Assembly: GCA_003644385.1 (NCBI GenBank)
Contig: QNCD01000001.1
Span: 598 to 64,597 of the forward strand
DNA length: 64,000 bases
Direction of reading: 5' to 3'
Source: Candidatus Omnitrophota bacterium
GTDB lineage: Bacteria > Omnitrophota > Gorgyraeia > Gygaellales > Profunditerraquicolaceae
Shown: piece by piece, positions 19,516 through 27,488 of the stretch
Layout: the number at the start of each line of letters is the position of its first letter
How positions within the stretch are numbered: the stretch's first letter is position 1
Position numbers and translations under genes: made by a program
Notes under the pieces: model-generated
Databases searched by the model: none
What the model was told of the DNA's origin: nothing
Seen by the model: the letters and a program-made list of their open reading frames with translations, nothing else

Positions 19516-20769
19516 TCAGCTCTTTGCAAGTTCAGGATATAAGCTAAATCTTCGATTTAAAATCAATACTTTTTCTTTGATTTTAGCCAGTTCCTTCGGA
19601 TTATCGCTTGCCTCTATTGCCTCATAAATAAATTTTGCGACTTGGCGCATATGGTTTTCTTTCATCCCGCGCGTGGTCAATGCCGCTGTTCCCAAGCGTA
19701 TACCGCTTGTGGTAGCAGCGCTTTTTTTATCAAACGGTATAAGATTTTTATTGACGGTGATACCTGCTTTTTCTAATACCCCTGAGGCATCCGAACCGGT
19801 TATGCGCTTTTCGGTTAAATCAACAAGTATAAGGTGCGTATCCGTACCGCCTGAAACAATCCGGAAACCATACTTAGTCAGGGCTCTGGCCAACTCCCGC
19901 GAATTTTTTACAATTTGTCTCTGATAGGCCCTGAATTTCGGGCTCATTGCCTGCCGGAAAGCAACGGCTTTGGCGGCAATTACATGCATTAATGGCCCGC
20001 CTTGAATCCCGGGAAAGACTTCTTTATCGATTTTTTTGGCAAATTCTTTTTTGCAAATTACAAATCCGCCGCGCGGCCCCCTCAAAGTCTTATGGGTAGT
20101 AGAGGTAACAAAATCCGCATAAGGAACCGGAGAGGGATGAACCTTTCCCGCTACCAGCCCGGCGATATGCGCCATATCCACAAATAAATATGCTCCTACT
20201 TTATCGCAAATTTTACGGAATTCTTTAAAATCAATTTTCCTCGGATAAGCAGAGGCACCGGCTAAAATAAGTTTAGGTTTATACCTTTTAGCTAAATCTA
20301 AAATTTGCCCGTAATCCAGGACCTCACTCTTCTTATCTACGCCGTAGGTCACTACGTTATAAAACATCCCGGAAAAATTATAAGGGTGGCCGTGAGTTAA
20401 ATGCCCGCCGCAGGAAAGATCCATCGCCAAAATAGTATCTTGAAACTTAAGCGTTGCAAAATAAACCGCCATATTTGCCTGTGTGCCGGAATGTGCCTGG
20501 ACATTGACGTGCTCTGCGTTGAATAACTTTTTTGCCCGCTCGATTGCCAAGCTTTCTGCAGTATCCACATTAACGCAGCCCCCGTACCAGCGCGCATCGG
20601 GATAGCCTTCGGCATACTTGTTAGTTAATACCGAGCCTTGGGCTTCTAAGACCGCAGGATGAGTAAAGTTTTCCGATGCAATCAGCTCCAGATTATCCTG
20701 CTGCCTTTTTATCTCATTTTTTATCAGTAGATAAACATGAGGGTCGATTTTTTGAATATTTTTCATCAT
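19516..20769 (-). CDS. glyA: Serine hydroxymethyltransferase
   Basis: Conserved along its full length, including the PLP-lysine block [14 protein letters not shown]. Confidence 0.95.
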   Translation of the reverse strand: MMKNIQKIDPHVYLLIKNEIKRQQDNLELIASENFTHPAVLEAQGSVLTNKYAEGYPDARWYGGCVNVDTAESLAIERAKKLFNAEHVNVQAHSGTQANMAVYFATLKFQDTILAMDLSCGGHLTHGHPYNFSGMFYNVVTYGVDKKSEVLDYGQILDLAKRYKPKLILAGASAYPRKIDFKEFRKICDKVGAYLFVDMAHIAGLVAGKVHPSPVPYADFVTSTTHKTLRGPRGGFVICKKEFAKKIDKEVFPGIQGGPLMHVIAAKAVAFRQAMSPKFRAYQRQIVKNSRELARALTKYGFRIVSGGTDTHLILVDLTEKRITGSDASGVLEKAGITVNKNLIPFDKKSAATTSGIRLGTAALTTRGMKENHMRQVAKFIYEAIEASDNPKELAKIKEKVLILNRRFSLYPELAKS

Positions 20770-21221
20770 CTTATCCTTATACCTTTTTCAATCTTTTTGA
20801 TTAAATTGAGACGTCTTTTATGCCTGCCGCCTAAAAAACTCGTATTTAACCAAGCGTTTACGATCCTTTTTGCTTGCGTAATATTCACAAAAGCAGAACC
20901 TAACACCAGTACATTGCTGTCGTTGTGTTTCCGCGAAAGGCCTGCGGCTTTAATATTAAGGCATAATGCCGCACGTACTCCTCTTAAGCGGTTAGCGACA
21001 ATGGAATTGCCGATACCGCTTTTACAAATTAAAATTCCCCTTTTAAATTTTCCATGGGAAACTCTACTTGCCAATGCATAAGCAAATTCAGGATAATCAC
21101 AACGCTGGCTGTTATGCGTTCCTAAATCTGTTACCAAAAAACCTTTGCTTTCTAAATAAGGCTTTAATTTCTCTTTTAAAGGGAATCCTGCGTGGTCGGA
21201 AGCGATAATTATTTTTTTCAT
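20766..21221 (-). CDS. rpiB: Ribose-5-phosphate isomerase B
   Basis: [13 protein letters not shown]...C..GIG RpiB/LacAB pattern, 151 aa. Confidence 0.85.
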   Translation of the reverse strand: MKKIIIASDHAGFPLKEKLKPYLESKGFLVTDLGTHNSQRCDYPEFAYALASRVSHGKFKRGILICKSGIGNSIVANRLRGVRAALCLNIKAAGLSRKHNDSNVLVLGSAFVNITQAKRIVNAWLNTSFLGGRHKRRLNLIKKIEKGIRIR

Positions 21222-22279
21222 ATTATATTAGCCACCCTCCCTATTGCTTCTTTTATAATTTCATAAGTCTCCTCAAAGAATTCATAAGGCCTTCCAATCG
21301 GATCAGCGATATCCATATTGTTATCATCTTCTATTTTAGCAAATTCCTTTAATAAAAAAACCCTGTTTTTAGCTTCGGGAGCCAATTCTAAGAGCCTTTT
21401 CTCATGAAGCTTCTCCATCACTAAAATTATATCTGACTTTCTGATCATCTCCTCGGTTATCCTCTGGGAACGGTGTGCGAATACATCCATCCCCTGCCGC
21501 ATTAAGACCTGTTTTGTTTCTTCGCTGGCGCCTAGTCCGGAGAACATCATTATTCCGGCAGATAAGACCTCAACGTCTTTGCGTTTTTTCTCTTTTAATT
21601 TCTTTTCCAGTAGCGCTTTAGCCATTACCGAACGGCAGGAATTTCCCGTACAGACAAAAAGTACTGTCCTCTTCTTCAGGATATCCTCTATATCTTCTTT
21701 TTTAATTGCGGCTTCCCTTATTACTTTCGGCGCAGATATAGTCAGGTCCACAATACTGGATTCTAACTTCAGCCGGGTAGGGCCGATATCTATTGCAAAA
21801 TCCACCTCTCCTGAAAAATCTTTTATCGCCTCTGCAAAATCAACCGGAGGCGGATTCCCTGATAAATTTGCCGAAGGCAAGACAACCGGAACATCTGCTA
21901 AAGTAATAACCTCGCGGGTAATCTCGCAATCCGGCATGCGTATGCCGATAGTGCCTTTATTATTTGATTTAAATATCAAAGTCAAAGGGCCGGGCCAGTA
22001 TTTTTCAATAAGCTTATAGGCTATAACCGGAATATCCGCGGCGAAATCCTTTATTTTTTCTTTTTTATCTATGTGTAAAGAAAAGGGTTTATCTTTCGGC
22101 CTCTTTTTGATTTCATACAATTTATCCAGAGTTTTTTTATTCAGCGCATTAGCGGCAATACCGTATACTGTTTCAGTAGGAAGGATTACTAGCCCGCCGC
22201 CGTTTAAAATATCCGCTGCCTCTTTGACACTGCTATTTTTTATATCGCCGGCATCCAGTTTAACTATCTTGGTCTTCAT
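21218..22279 (-). CDS. Threonylcarbamoyl-AMP synthase (TsaC/YrdC domain) fused to low-molecular-weight phosphatase (YwlE-like)
   Basis: N-terminal VILPTETVYGIAANA...KKRP..KPF (YrdC). C-terminal VLFVCTGNSCRS P-loop (CX5R) with a downstream DP acid motif. Confidence 0.75.
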   Translation of the reverse strand: MKTKIVKLDAGDIKNSSVKEAADILNGGGLVILPTETVYGIAANALNKKTLDKLYEIKKRPKDKPFSLHIDKKEKIKDFAADIPVIAYKLIEKYWPGPLTLIFKSNNKGTIGIRMPDCEITREVITLADVPVVLPSANLSGNPPPVDFAEAIKDFSGEVDFAIDIGPTRLKLESSIVDLTISAPKVIREAAIKKEDIEDILKKRTVLFVCTGNSCRSVMAKALLEKKLKEKKRKDVEVLSAGIMMFSGLGASEETKQVLMRQGMDVFAHRSQRITEEMIRKSDIILVMEKLHEKRLLELAPEAKNRVFLLKEFAKIEDDNNMDIADPIGRPYEFFEETYEIIKEAIGRVANII

Positions 22280-22761
22280 GCTTTTATTTTTATCTTTTTA
22301 ATCTTTATCCGCATTTCTTTTTTAAATGCTGTCAGGCGCGATTTTATCTTTTTATCGGTAATGCCCAGGATTTCCAGGGCAAATATGGCAGCATTCTTAG
22401 CTCCTGGTTTACCTATAGCCATAGCGGCAACCGGAATTCCTCCGGGCATCTGGACCGTAGACAATAACGAATCCAGGCCTTTTAAACTTTTTGTCTCAAT
22501 AGGAATACCTATTACCGGTAAAACAGAGTGCGCGGCAACTACTCCCGCTAACGCGGCAGAGCCGCCTGCTGCGGCAATAAAGACCTTTATTCCTCTTTCG
22601 GATGCGGCTTCTACATATTGAGCTAATTCTTTAGGGCTGCGGTGTGCGGATAAAACTTTTATTTCAAAATCCGCTTTAAATTTTTTCAATAAATCAATTG
22701 CCTCTTTTACGGTTGTTAAATCCGATTGGCTGCCCATTATAATGCTGATTGCTCTGCCCAT
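22276..22761 (-). CDS. purE: N5-carboxyaminoimidazole ribonucleotide mutase
   Basis: IIMGSQSD...AAGGSAALAGVVAAHSVLPVIGIPI. The start was moved to the internal Met (MGRAIS) to avoid overlapping purD; the track ORF extends to 22821. Confidence 0.85.
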   Translation of the reverse strand: MGRAISIIMGSQSDLTTVKEAIDLLKKFKADFEIKVLSAHRSPKELAQYVEAASERGIKVFIAAAGGSAALAGVVAAHSVLPVIGIPIETKSLKGLDSLLSTVQMPGGIPVAAMAIGKPGAKNAAIFALEILGITDKKIKSRLTAFKKEMRIKIKKIKIKA

Positions 22762-22774
22762 TAAACCCTCCGTT

Positions 22775-24073
22775 TTACAATGCTTTTGCCCCAATATCCT
22801 TACGATAATGCATGCCTTCAAAATTAATCATTCCCACTGCCTGGTAAGCCTTATCTATCGCCTCTTTTATAGTCTTTCCTAATCCGGCAACCCCCAAAAC
22901 CCTTCCGCCGTTAGTGACAAAACTTGTGACTTTGTGACCTTGTGACTTTGTGACCTTCTTTGTTCCCGCGTGAAAAACTGCCGTATCTTTAATCTTCGCA
23001 ACTTCCTTTAGTCCGGAAATCTCTTTGCCCTTCTCGTATTTTCCCGGATATCCTCTGGATGAACAGACTACACAAACGCAGGCGCGCTCATCCCATTTTA
23101 ACCCGTTATTCTTTAAAATACTGCTTAACTTTCTATCGCTTGCAGCAAGCATCACTTCTACTAAATCCGATTCAAGGCGCGGTAATATTGCCTGGGTCTC
23201 AGGATCTCCAAAACGCACATTAAATTCTAAAGTCCTGGGGCCCTCCTTAGTAATCATGATGCCTGCGTATAATGTCCCCTTATAATTTATGCCCTCTCTT
23301 ACTAAACCATCAATTGTAGGATGAATTATTTTTTCTAAAACTAACTTAAATAAGCCCGGGCTGACTACCGGCGCCGGAGAATATGCCCCCATACCTCCGG
23401 TATTCGGGCCTCTGTCGTTATCAAAAATGCGTTTATGGTCCTGGCTGGAAGCTAAAGGAATGACTGTTTTAGAATCTGTAATTACAATAATCGAGGCCTC
23501 CTCTCCCTCTAGGCATTCTTCGATGATTATCTCATTTCCCGCATCGCCGAAGATCTTATCCTGCATCATGGAATTTACTGCCTTCTTAGCCTCATCAGGA
23601 GTCTTTGCCACTACTACGCCTTTCCCCTGCGCTAAACCATCTGCCTTTACCACGCAAGGGCCATTGATCTTATCAATGTATTTCCTGGCTTCTTCGGGGT
23701 TATCAAAAATCTGAAAATCTGCAGTAGGGATTTTATATTTTGCCATTAATTCCTTGGCAAAAACCTTGCTTGCTTCCAGGCGCGCGCCTTTTTTACTTGG
23801 CCCGAATATTTTCAATTTATTATTTTCAAACTCATCCACAATACCTAAGGATAAAGGAACCTCAGGGCCCACTACTGTTAAATCAATTTTTTCCTGACGC
23901 GCAAAGTCTAATAACCGCCCGATATTCTCTACATTAATATCAATACACTCTGACAGCTGGGATATCCCGCCATTACCCGGCGCACAAAAAACCTTATCCA
24001 CCAGTTTCGACTGAGCTATCTTCCACACCAGCGCATGCTCCCTACCACCAGAACCAATAACCAGTATTCTCAT
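22775..24073 (-). CDS. purD: Phosphoribosylamine-glycine ligase
   Basis: MRILVIGSGGREHALVWK N-terminus, ATP-grasp core and a C-terminal VTNGGRVL block. Confidence 0.9.
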   Translation of the reverse strand: MRILVIGSGGREHALVWKIAQSKLVDKVFCAPGNGGISQLSECIDINVENIGRLLDFARQEKIDLTVVGPEVPLSLGIVDEFENNKLKIFGPSKKGARLEASKVFAKELMAKYKIPTADFQIFDNPEEARKYIDKINGPCVVKADGLAQGKGVVVAKTPDEAKKAVNSMMQDKIFGDAGNEIIIEECLEGEEASIIVITDSKTVIPLASSQDHKRIFDNDRGPNTGGMGAYSPAPVVSPGLFKLVLEKIIHPTIDGLVREGINYKGTLYAGIMITKEGPRTLEFNVRFGDPETQAILPRLESDLVEVMLAASDRKLSSILKNNGLKWDERACVCVVCSSRGYPGKYEKGKEISGLKEVAKIKDTAVFHAGTKKVTKSQGHKVTSFVTNGGRVLGVAGLGKTIKEAIDKAYQAVGMINFEGMHYRKDIGAKAL

Positions 24074-24089
24074 AATTTAAACTATTATG

Positions 24090-24323
24090 TTTTAACTGAA
24101 TCTGGCGGAATTTCGAGCGAATGGAGGTTTTAGTCAATGGAGCTTGAGTATTTTCGGGAATCCGAACGCGAAAGCATTCGGACGACGAGGATGTCCGAGC
24201 CCGTCTGGCGCGTGAGCGCCGACGGGGCGAGTCCCGCAGCCGCCGAAAATACGAAAGATCATTGACGTCCCCGCCTTTGGCAGGGAAAACCGACCTAAGC
24301 GAGAAAACCGACACATTCAGTAA
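24090..24323. other. GC-rich intergenic element bounded by ~17-bp imperfect terminal inverted repeats (MITE-like or structured RNA; identity unknown)
   Basis: A ~57% GC stretch in a ~43% GC context. The left end ttaactgaatctggcgg matches the reverse complement of the right end ccgacacattcagtaac at 13 of 17 positions. Several internal stem-loops (ccgaacgcgaaagcattcgg). Only Arg-rich, spurious-looking ORFs overlap it. Confidence 0.3.
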
Positions 24324-24351
24324 CTATTTATTACTTCGCTAGGGACAGTCC

Positions 24352-25398
24352 CTATGCAATCTCTACTTGCTTCTTACCCTTAACCACCTTGCCAATAACC
24401 CAAGACTTCACCTTAGATTCGGCAAGTTTTGAAATTACTCCCTTGGCGAATTCCGGCGCGACAATCAAAACCATCCCCACACCCATATTAAAGGTATGGT
24501 ACATCTCTTTATCTTCTATACCGCCTTTATTCTGAATCAGGCGGAATATTTTCGGCACATTCCAGGCGCTTTTATTTATTGTTACATTGAAATTATCCGG
24601 TAAAATCCTGGCAATCTTATCATAAAACGCCCCTCCGGTAATGTGGGCGATTCCCTTGACAATCGGAGGCTGTCGCCTTAAAGCCGAAAGCAGAGAAATA
24701 ACCGGCTTAACATAAATGCGCGTGGGTTTAAGCAACTCATCGCTCATGCTCTTTAATTCGCTTTCAGAAAATACTCTGCGCACTAAGGAATATCCATTAG
24801 AGTGGACTCCGTTGGATTCCAAACCGATTACTATATCGCCTAAAGAAATTTTAGAACCGTCAATAATATTCTTACGCTCCACTATTCCCACGCAAAATCC
24901 TGATAAATCATAATCTCCGTCTTTGTAGAAACCGGGCATCTGGGCAGTTTCCCCTCCGATTAAAACGCATCCGGCCTCTAAACAACCTTCATTCACCCCC
25001 TTAACTACATCCACTAAAATATCAGAATCTAACTTACTGAAGGCAATGTAATCCAGGAAAAATAGCGTTTCAGCGCCCACGCACAAAATATCATTTACGT
25101 TCATTGCTACCGCATCAATACCCACAGTATCGTGTTTGTTGACTAAAAAGGCGATTTTTAACTTTGTTCCAACTCCGTCGGCAGAAGAGACCAGGATTGG
25201 GTCTTTGTATTTGATTTTAGAAAGGTCGAAGAGGCTGCCGAAGCCCCCTACGCCTTTTAAAACCGCGCTGCCGTATGACTTTTTAAGCGAACTTTTAAGT
25301 TTAGTTTTAAATTGATTTGCCTTTTCTATGTCCACTCCTGATTTTTTATAAGTCAGACCTTTCATTTGTGCCCTCTCCCTGTCCAGCAATATAGACAC
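24352..25398 (-). CDS. purM: Phosphoribosylformylglycinamidine cyclo-ligase (AIR synthetase)
   Basis: PurM N- and C-domains (GVDIEKAN...DAVAMNVNDIL...GGETAQMPG). Confidence 0.9.
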   Translation of the reverse strand: MSILLDRERAQMKGLTYKKSGVDIEKANQFKTKLKSSLKKSYGSAVLKGVGGFGSLFDLSKIKYKDPILVSSADGVGTKLKIAFLVNKHDTVGIDAVAMNVNDILCVGAETLFFLDYIAFSKLDSDILVDVVKGVNEGCLEAGCVLIGGETAQMPGFYKDGDYDLSGFCVGIVERKNIIDGSKISLGDIVIGLESNGVHSNGYSLVRRVFSESELKSMSDELLKPTRIYVKPVISLLSALRRQPPIVKGIAHITGGAFYDKIARILPDNFNVTINKSAWNVPKIFRLIQNKGGIEDKEMYHTFNMGVGMVLIVAPEFAKGVISKLAESKVKSWVIGKVVKGKKQVEIA

Positions 25399-26762
25399 AG
25401 TTTATCTTTAGGCAATCCTATAGCCTTGACCATATCGTTTAACTTTTGATATTTTAGTGTTGTGACCCCAAGGTCCTTTTTAATCCAATTGACCATTTTT
25501 TTGTATTTTATTCCGCCTTCATCCAGATACTTTTTTATATCTTTTGCCTCTCTTCCTTCGATTGCCTTTATTGCCCTTCGCGCAGCCAATTCGTGCGTAG
25601 AGCGGGTAGAAAAATTAAATTTGCAGGGAAACATTAAAGGCGGACATGCTACGCGCAGGTGGATTTCTTTAACCCCGCACTCACGAAGTTTTTGTACGGT
25701 ATAATTCTTAAGCTGGGTACCCCTGACAATGGAATCATCGCAGACTACAATACGCCTGCCTTTGATTATTTCCTGAACCGGAATAAGCTTCATCTTGGCA
25801 ATCAGGTCGCGAGTTTCTTGAGAAGGCGGAGTATAGCTACGGTCAAAACCGGGAGTATATTTCACCAAGGCTCTCCTAAAAGGTAACCTCGATTCCATAG
25901 CATAACCTATAGCATGGGTAGTCCCTGAATCCGGGATACCTGATACTACATCCCTTTTTGCTTTATCGCCCTTTGCCAGGAATGCTCCGCATTTTTCCCT
26001 GACTAGCTCTACGGTTATTCCTTCGTAAGAGGAAGCTGGGAATCCGGTATAAATCCATAAAAAGGCGCAGATCTGGTTAAAATTTTTCCCCTTGCGCTTG
26101 GTATTCATACCTTTTTTATTAATAAAAACGATCTCTCCCGGAGCTACATATTTTTTGATTTTAAATCCAAGATTGCTGAAAGCAGTAGTCTCGGTAGTTA
26201 CTGCCCAATCTGAGTTGCGCTTACCGATTACTAAAGGAGTATAACCAAACCTGTCCCGTGCGGCATAAATTCCGTCTTTGTTCATCAAAAGCAGCGAGCA
26301 TGAACCGTCGATTTTGGAAAACATAAATTCGATACCTTCAATAATATTTTTGCCCTGGATAATTAATTTTGCTGCCAATTCGGTCAAATTGACTGTTCCG
26401 TCGCTAACCTCGCTAAAAGACTGTCCTTTCTTATAAAGCTGAGTAGTAAGCTCATTGGCATTATCAATAAAACCATTGGTAACAATAGCAAACGGCCCGA
26501 ATTTCGAATGCGCGATAATCGGCTGTTCGTCTTTGGCACTAATCACTCCGATTCCCTGCCTACCTTTCATTCCCGGATAATCTTCATAAAATTTAGTCTT
26601 AAATTGGGCACCTTTTATATCGTGTATCTTACGAACCAGCTCCTTACCGTCCCAAATACACAATCCCGCAAACTGAGTCCCAAGATGAGAATGGTAATCT
26701 GTTCCGTAAAATAAATCTTGAGCGCAGTTATTTTTTGAAATAGTTCCGAAAATTCCGCTCAT
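25362..26762 (-). CDS. purF: Amidophosphoribosyltransferase homolog (PurF-like; N-terminal nucleophile position is Ser)
   Basis: The C-terminal PRTase domain is well conserved (SGIPDSGT...IVVCDDSIVRGTQ...PCKFNFS). The N-terminal Ntn-amidotransferase-like domain begins MSGIFG instead of MCGIVG. Confidence 0.75.
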   Translation of the reverse strand: MSGIFGTISKNNCAQDLFYGTDYHSHLGTQFAGLCIWDGKELVRKIHDIKGAQFKTKFYEDYPGMKGRQGIGVISAKDEQPIIAHSKFGPFAIVTNGFIDNANELTTQLYKKGQSFSEVSDGTVNLTELAAKLIIQGKNIIEGIEFMFSKIDGSCSLLLMNKDGIYAARDRFGYTPLVIGKRNSDWAVTTETTAFSNLGFKIKKYVAPGEIVFINKKGMNTKRKGKNFNQICAFLWIYTGFPASSYEGITVELVREKCGAFLAKGDKAKRDVVSGIPDSGTTHAIGYAMESRLPFRRALVKYTPGFDRSYTPPSQETRDLIAKMKLIPVQEIIKGRRIVVCDDSIVRGTQLKNYTVQKLRECGVKEIHLRVACPPLMFPCKFNFSTRSTHELAARRAIKAIEGREAKDIKKYLDEGGIKYKKMVNWIKKDLGVTTLKYQKLNDMVKAIGLPKDKLCLYCWTGRGHK

Positions 26763-26796
26763 TTTAACTCCTTTCTAAAACTATTTATAAAGGCAA

Positions 26797-27465
26797 TTAA
26801 GCATAAAATTTTTTAATTGCCTTAATAACATCTTTAGGGCTATCCGCTACTGAAAAAATATCTAAGTCTTTTGGGCTGATATTTCCGTTTTTTAAAACCG
26901 CAGACTTTAACCAATCAATCATGCCATGCCAGTATTCTTTGTCGAATAATATTACCGGAAATTTTTCTATGCGTTCAGTCTGGATAAGATTTATTGCTTC
27001 GGTGAACTCATCCAGCGTACCGTAGCCGCCGGGCATGATCACAAAGGCATTTGCGTATTTTACAAACATTACCTTGCGCACAAAGAAATAACGGAATTCC
27101 AATAAATTGTCAACGTATTGGTTAGGTTTTTGATCCAAGGGAATCTGGATATTTAAACCTATAGAGCGGCCTTTTGCTTTTCTGGCGCCTTTATTAGCGG
27201 CTTCCATTATCCCCGGGCCACTTCCAGTAATTATAGCGTATCCTTCCTTGGCTAAAAGAAAAGCAGTTTCTTCGGCCAGTTTATAGTATTTATTCCCTGG
27301 TTTTGTGCGGCTGGAACCAAATATAGATACTGCCTTGCCAAGCTGCGAAAGGACTTCAAAACCTTCGACAAACTCAGACATAATCCTGAATACGCGCCAG
27401 GGATCTTCAGCAAAATACCTGCTTTCGGAATCTTTTATTCTCATCTTCGGGCTCCTTTCGCTCAC
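26797..27465 (-). CDS. LOG family nucleotide 5'-monophosphate phosphoribohydrolase (TIGR00730-like)
   Basis: ITGSGPGIMEAANKGA and PGGYGTLDEFTE motifs (the GGYGT/E LOG signature). Confidence 0.8.
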   Translation of the reverse strand: MSERSPKMRIKDSESRYFAEDPWRVFRIMSEFVEGFEVLSQLGKAVSIFGSSRTKPGNKYYKLAEETAFLLAKEGYAIITGSGPGIMEAANKGARKAKGRSIGLNIQIPLDQKPNQYVDNLLEFRYFFVRKVMFVKYANAFVIMPGGYGTLDEFTEAINLIQTERIEKFPVILFDKEYWHGMIDWLKSAVLKNGNISPKDLDIFSVADSPKDVIKAIKKFYA

Positions 27466-27488
27466 AACAAAGCCAGCTTAACTTAAAA

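Noticed and set aside
24042-24316. Two overlapping minus-strand ORFs (90 and 60 aa) inside the purM-purD gap
   Set aside because: Arg/Ser-rich low-complexity translations of a GC-rich element. One overlaps the purD start codon. They look like artefacts of composition rather than genes.
24074-24351. Purine or ZTP riboswitch, SRP RNA, tmRNA, 6S or RNase P RNA in the purM-purD gap
   Set aside because: I looked for the purine-riboswitch GUUUCUACC/CCGUAAAU boxes, the ZTP 5' and 3' conserved blocks, the SRP GGAAGCAGCC loop, tmRNA ends and RNase P CR-I/CR-II spacing. None is present in a convincing arrangement, and the length (~230-280 nt) is too short for RNase P. The element is left as unidentified.
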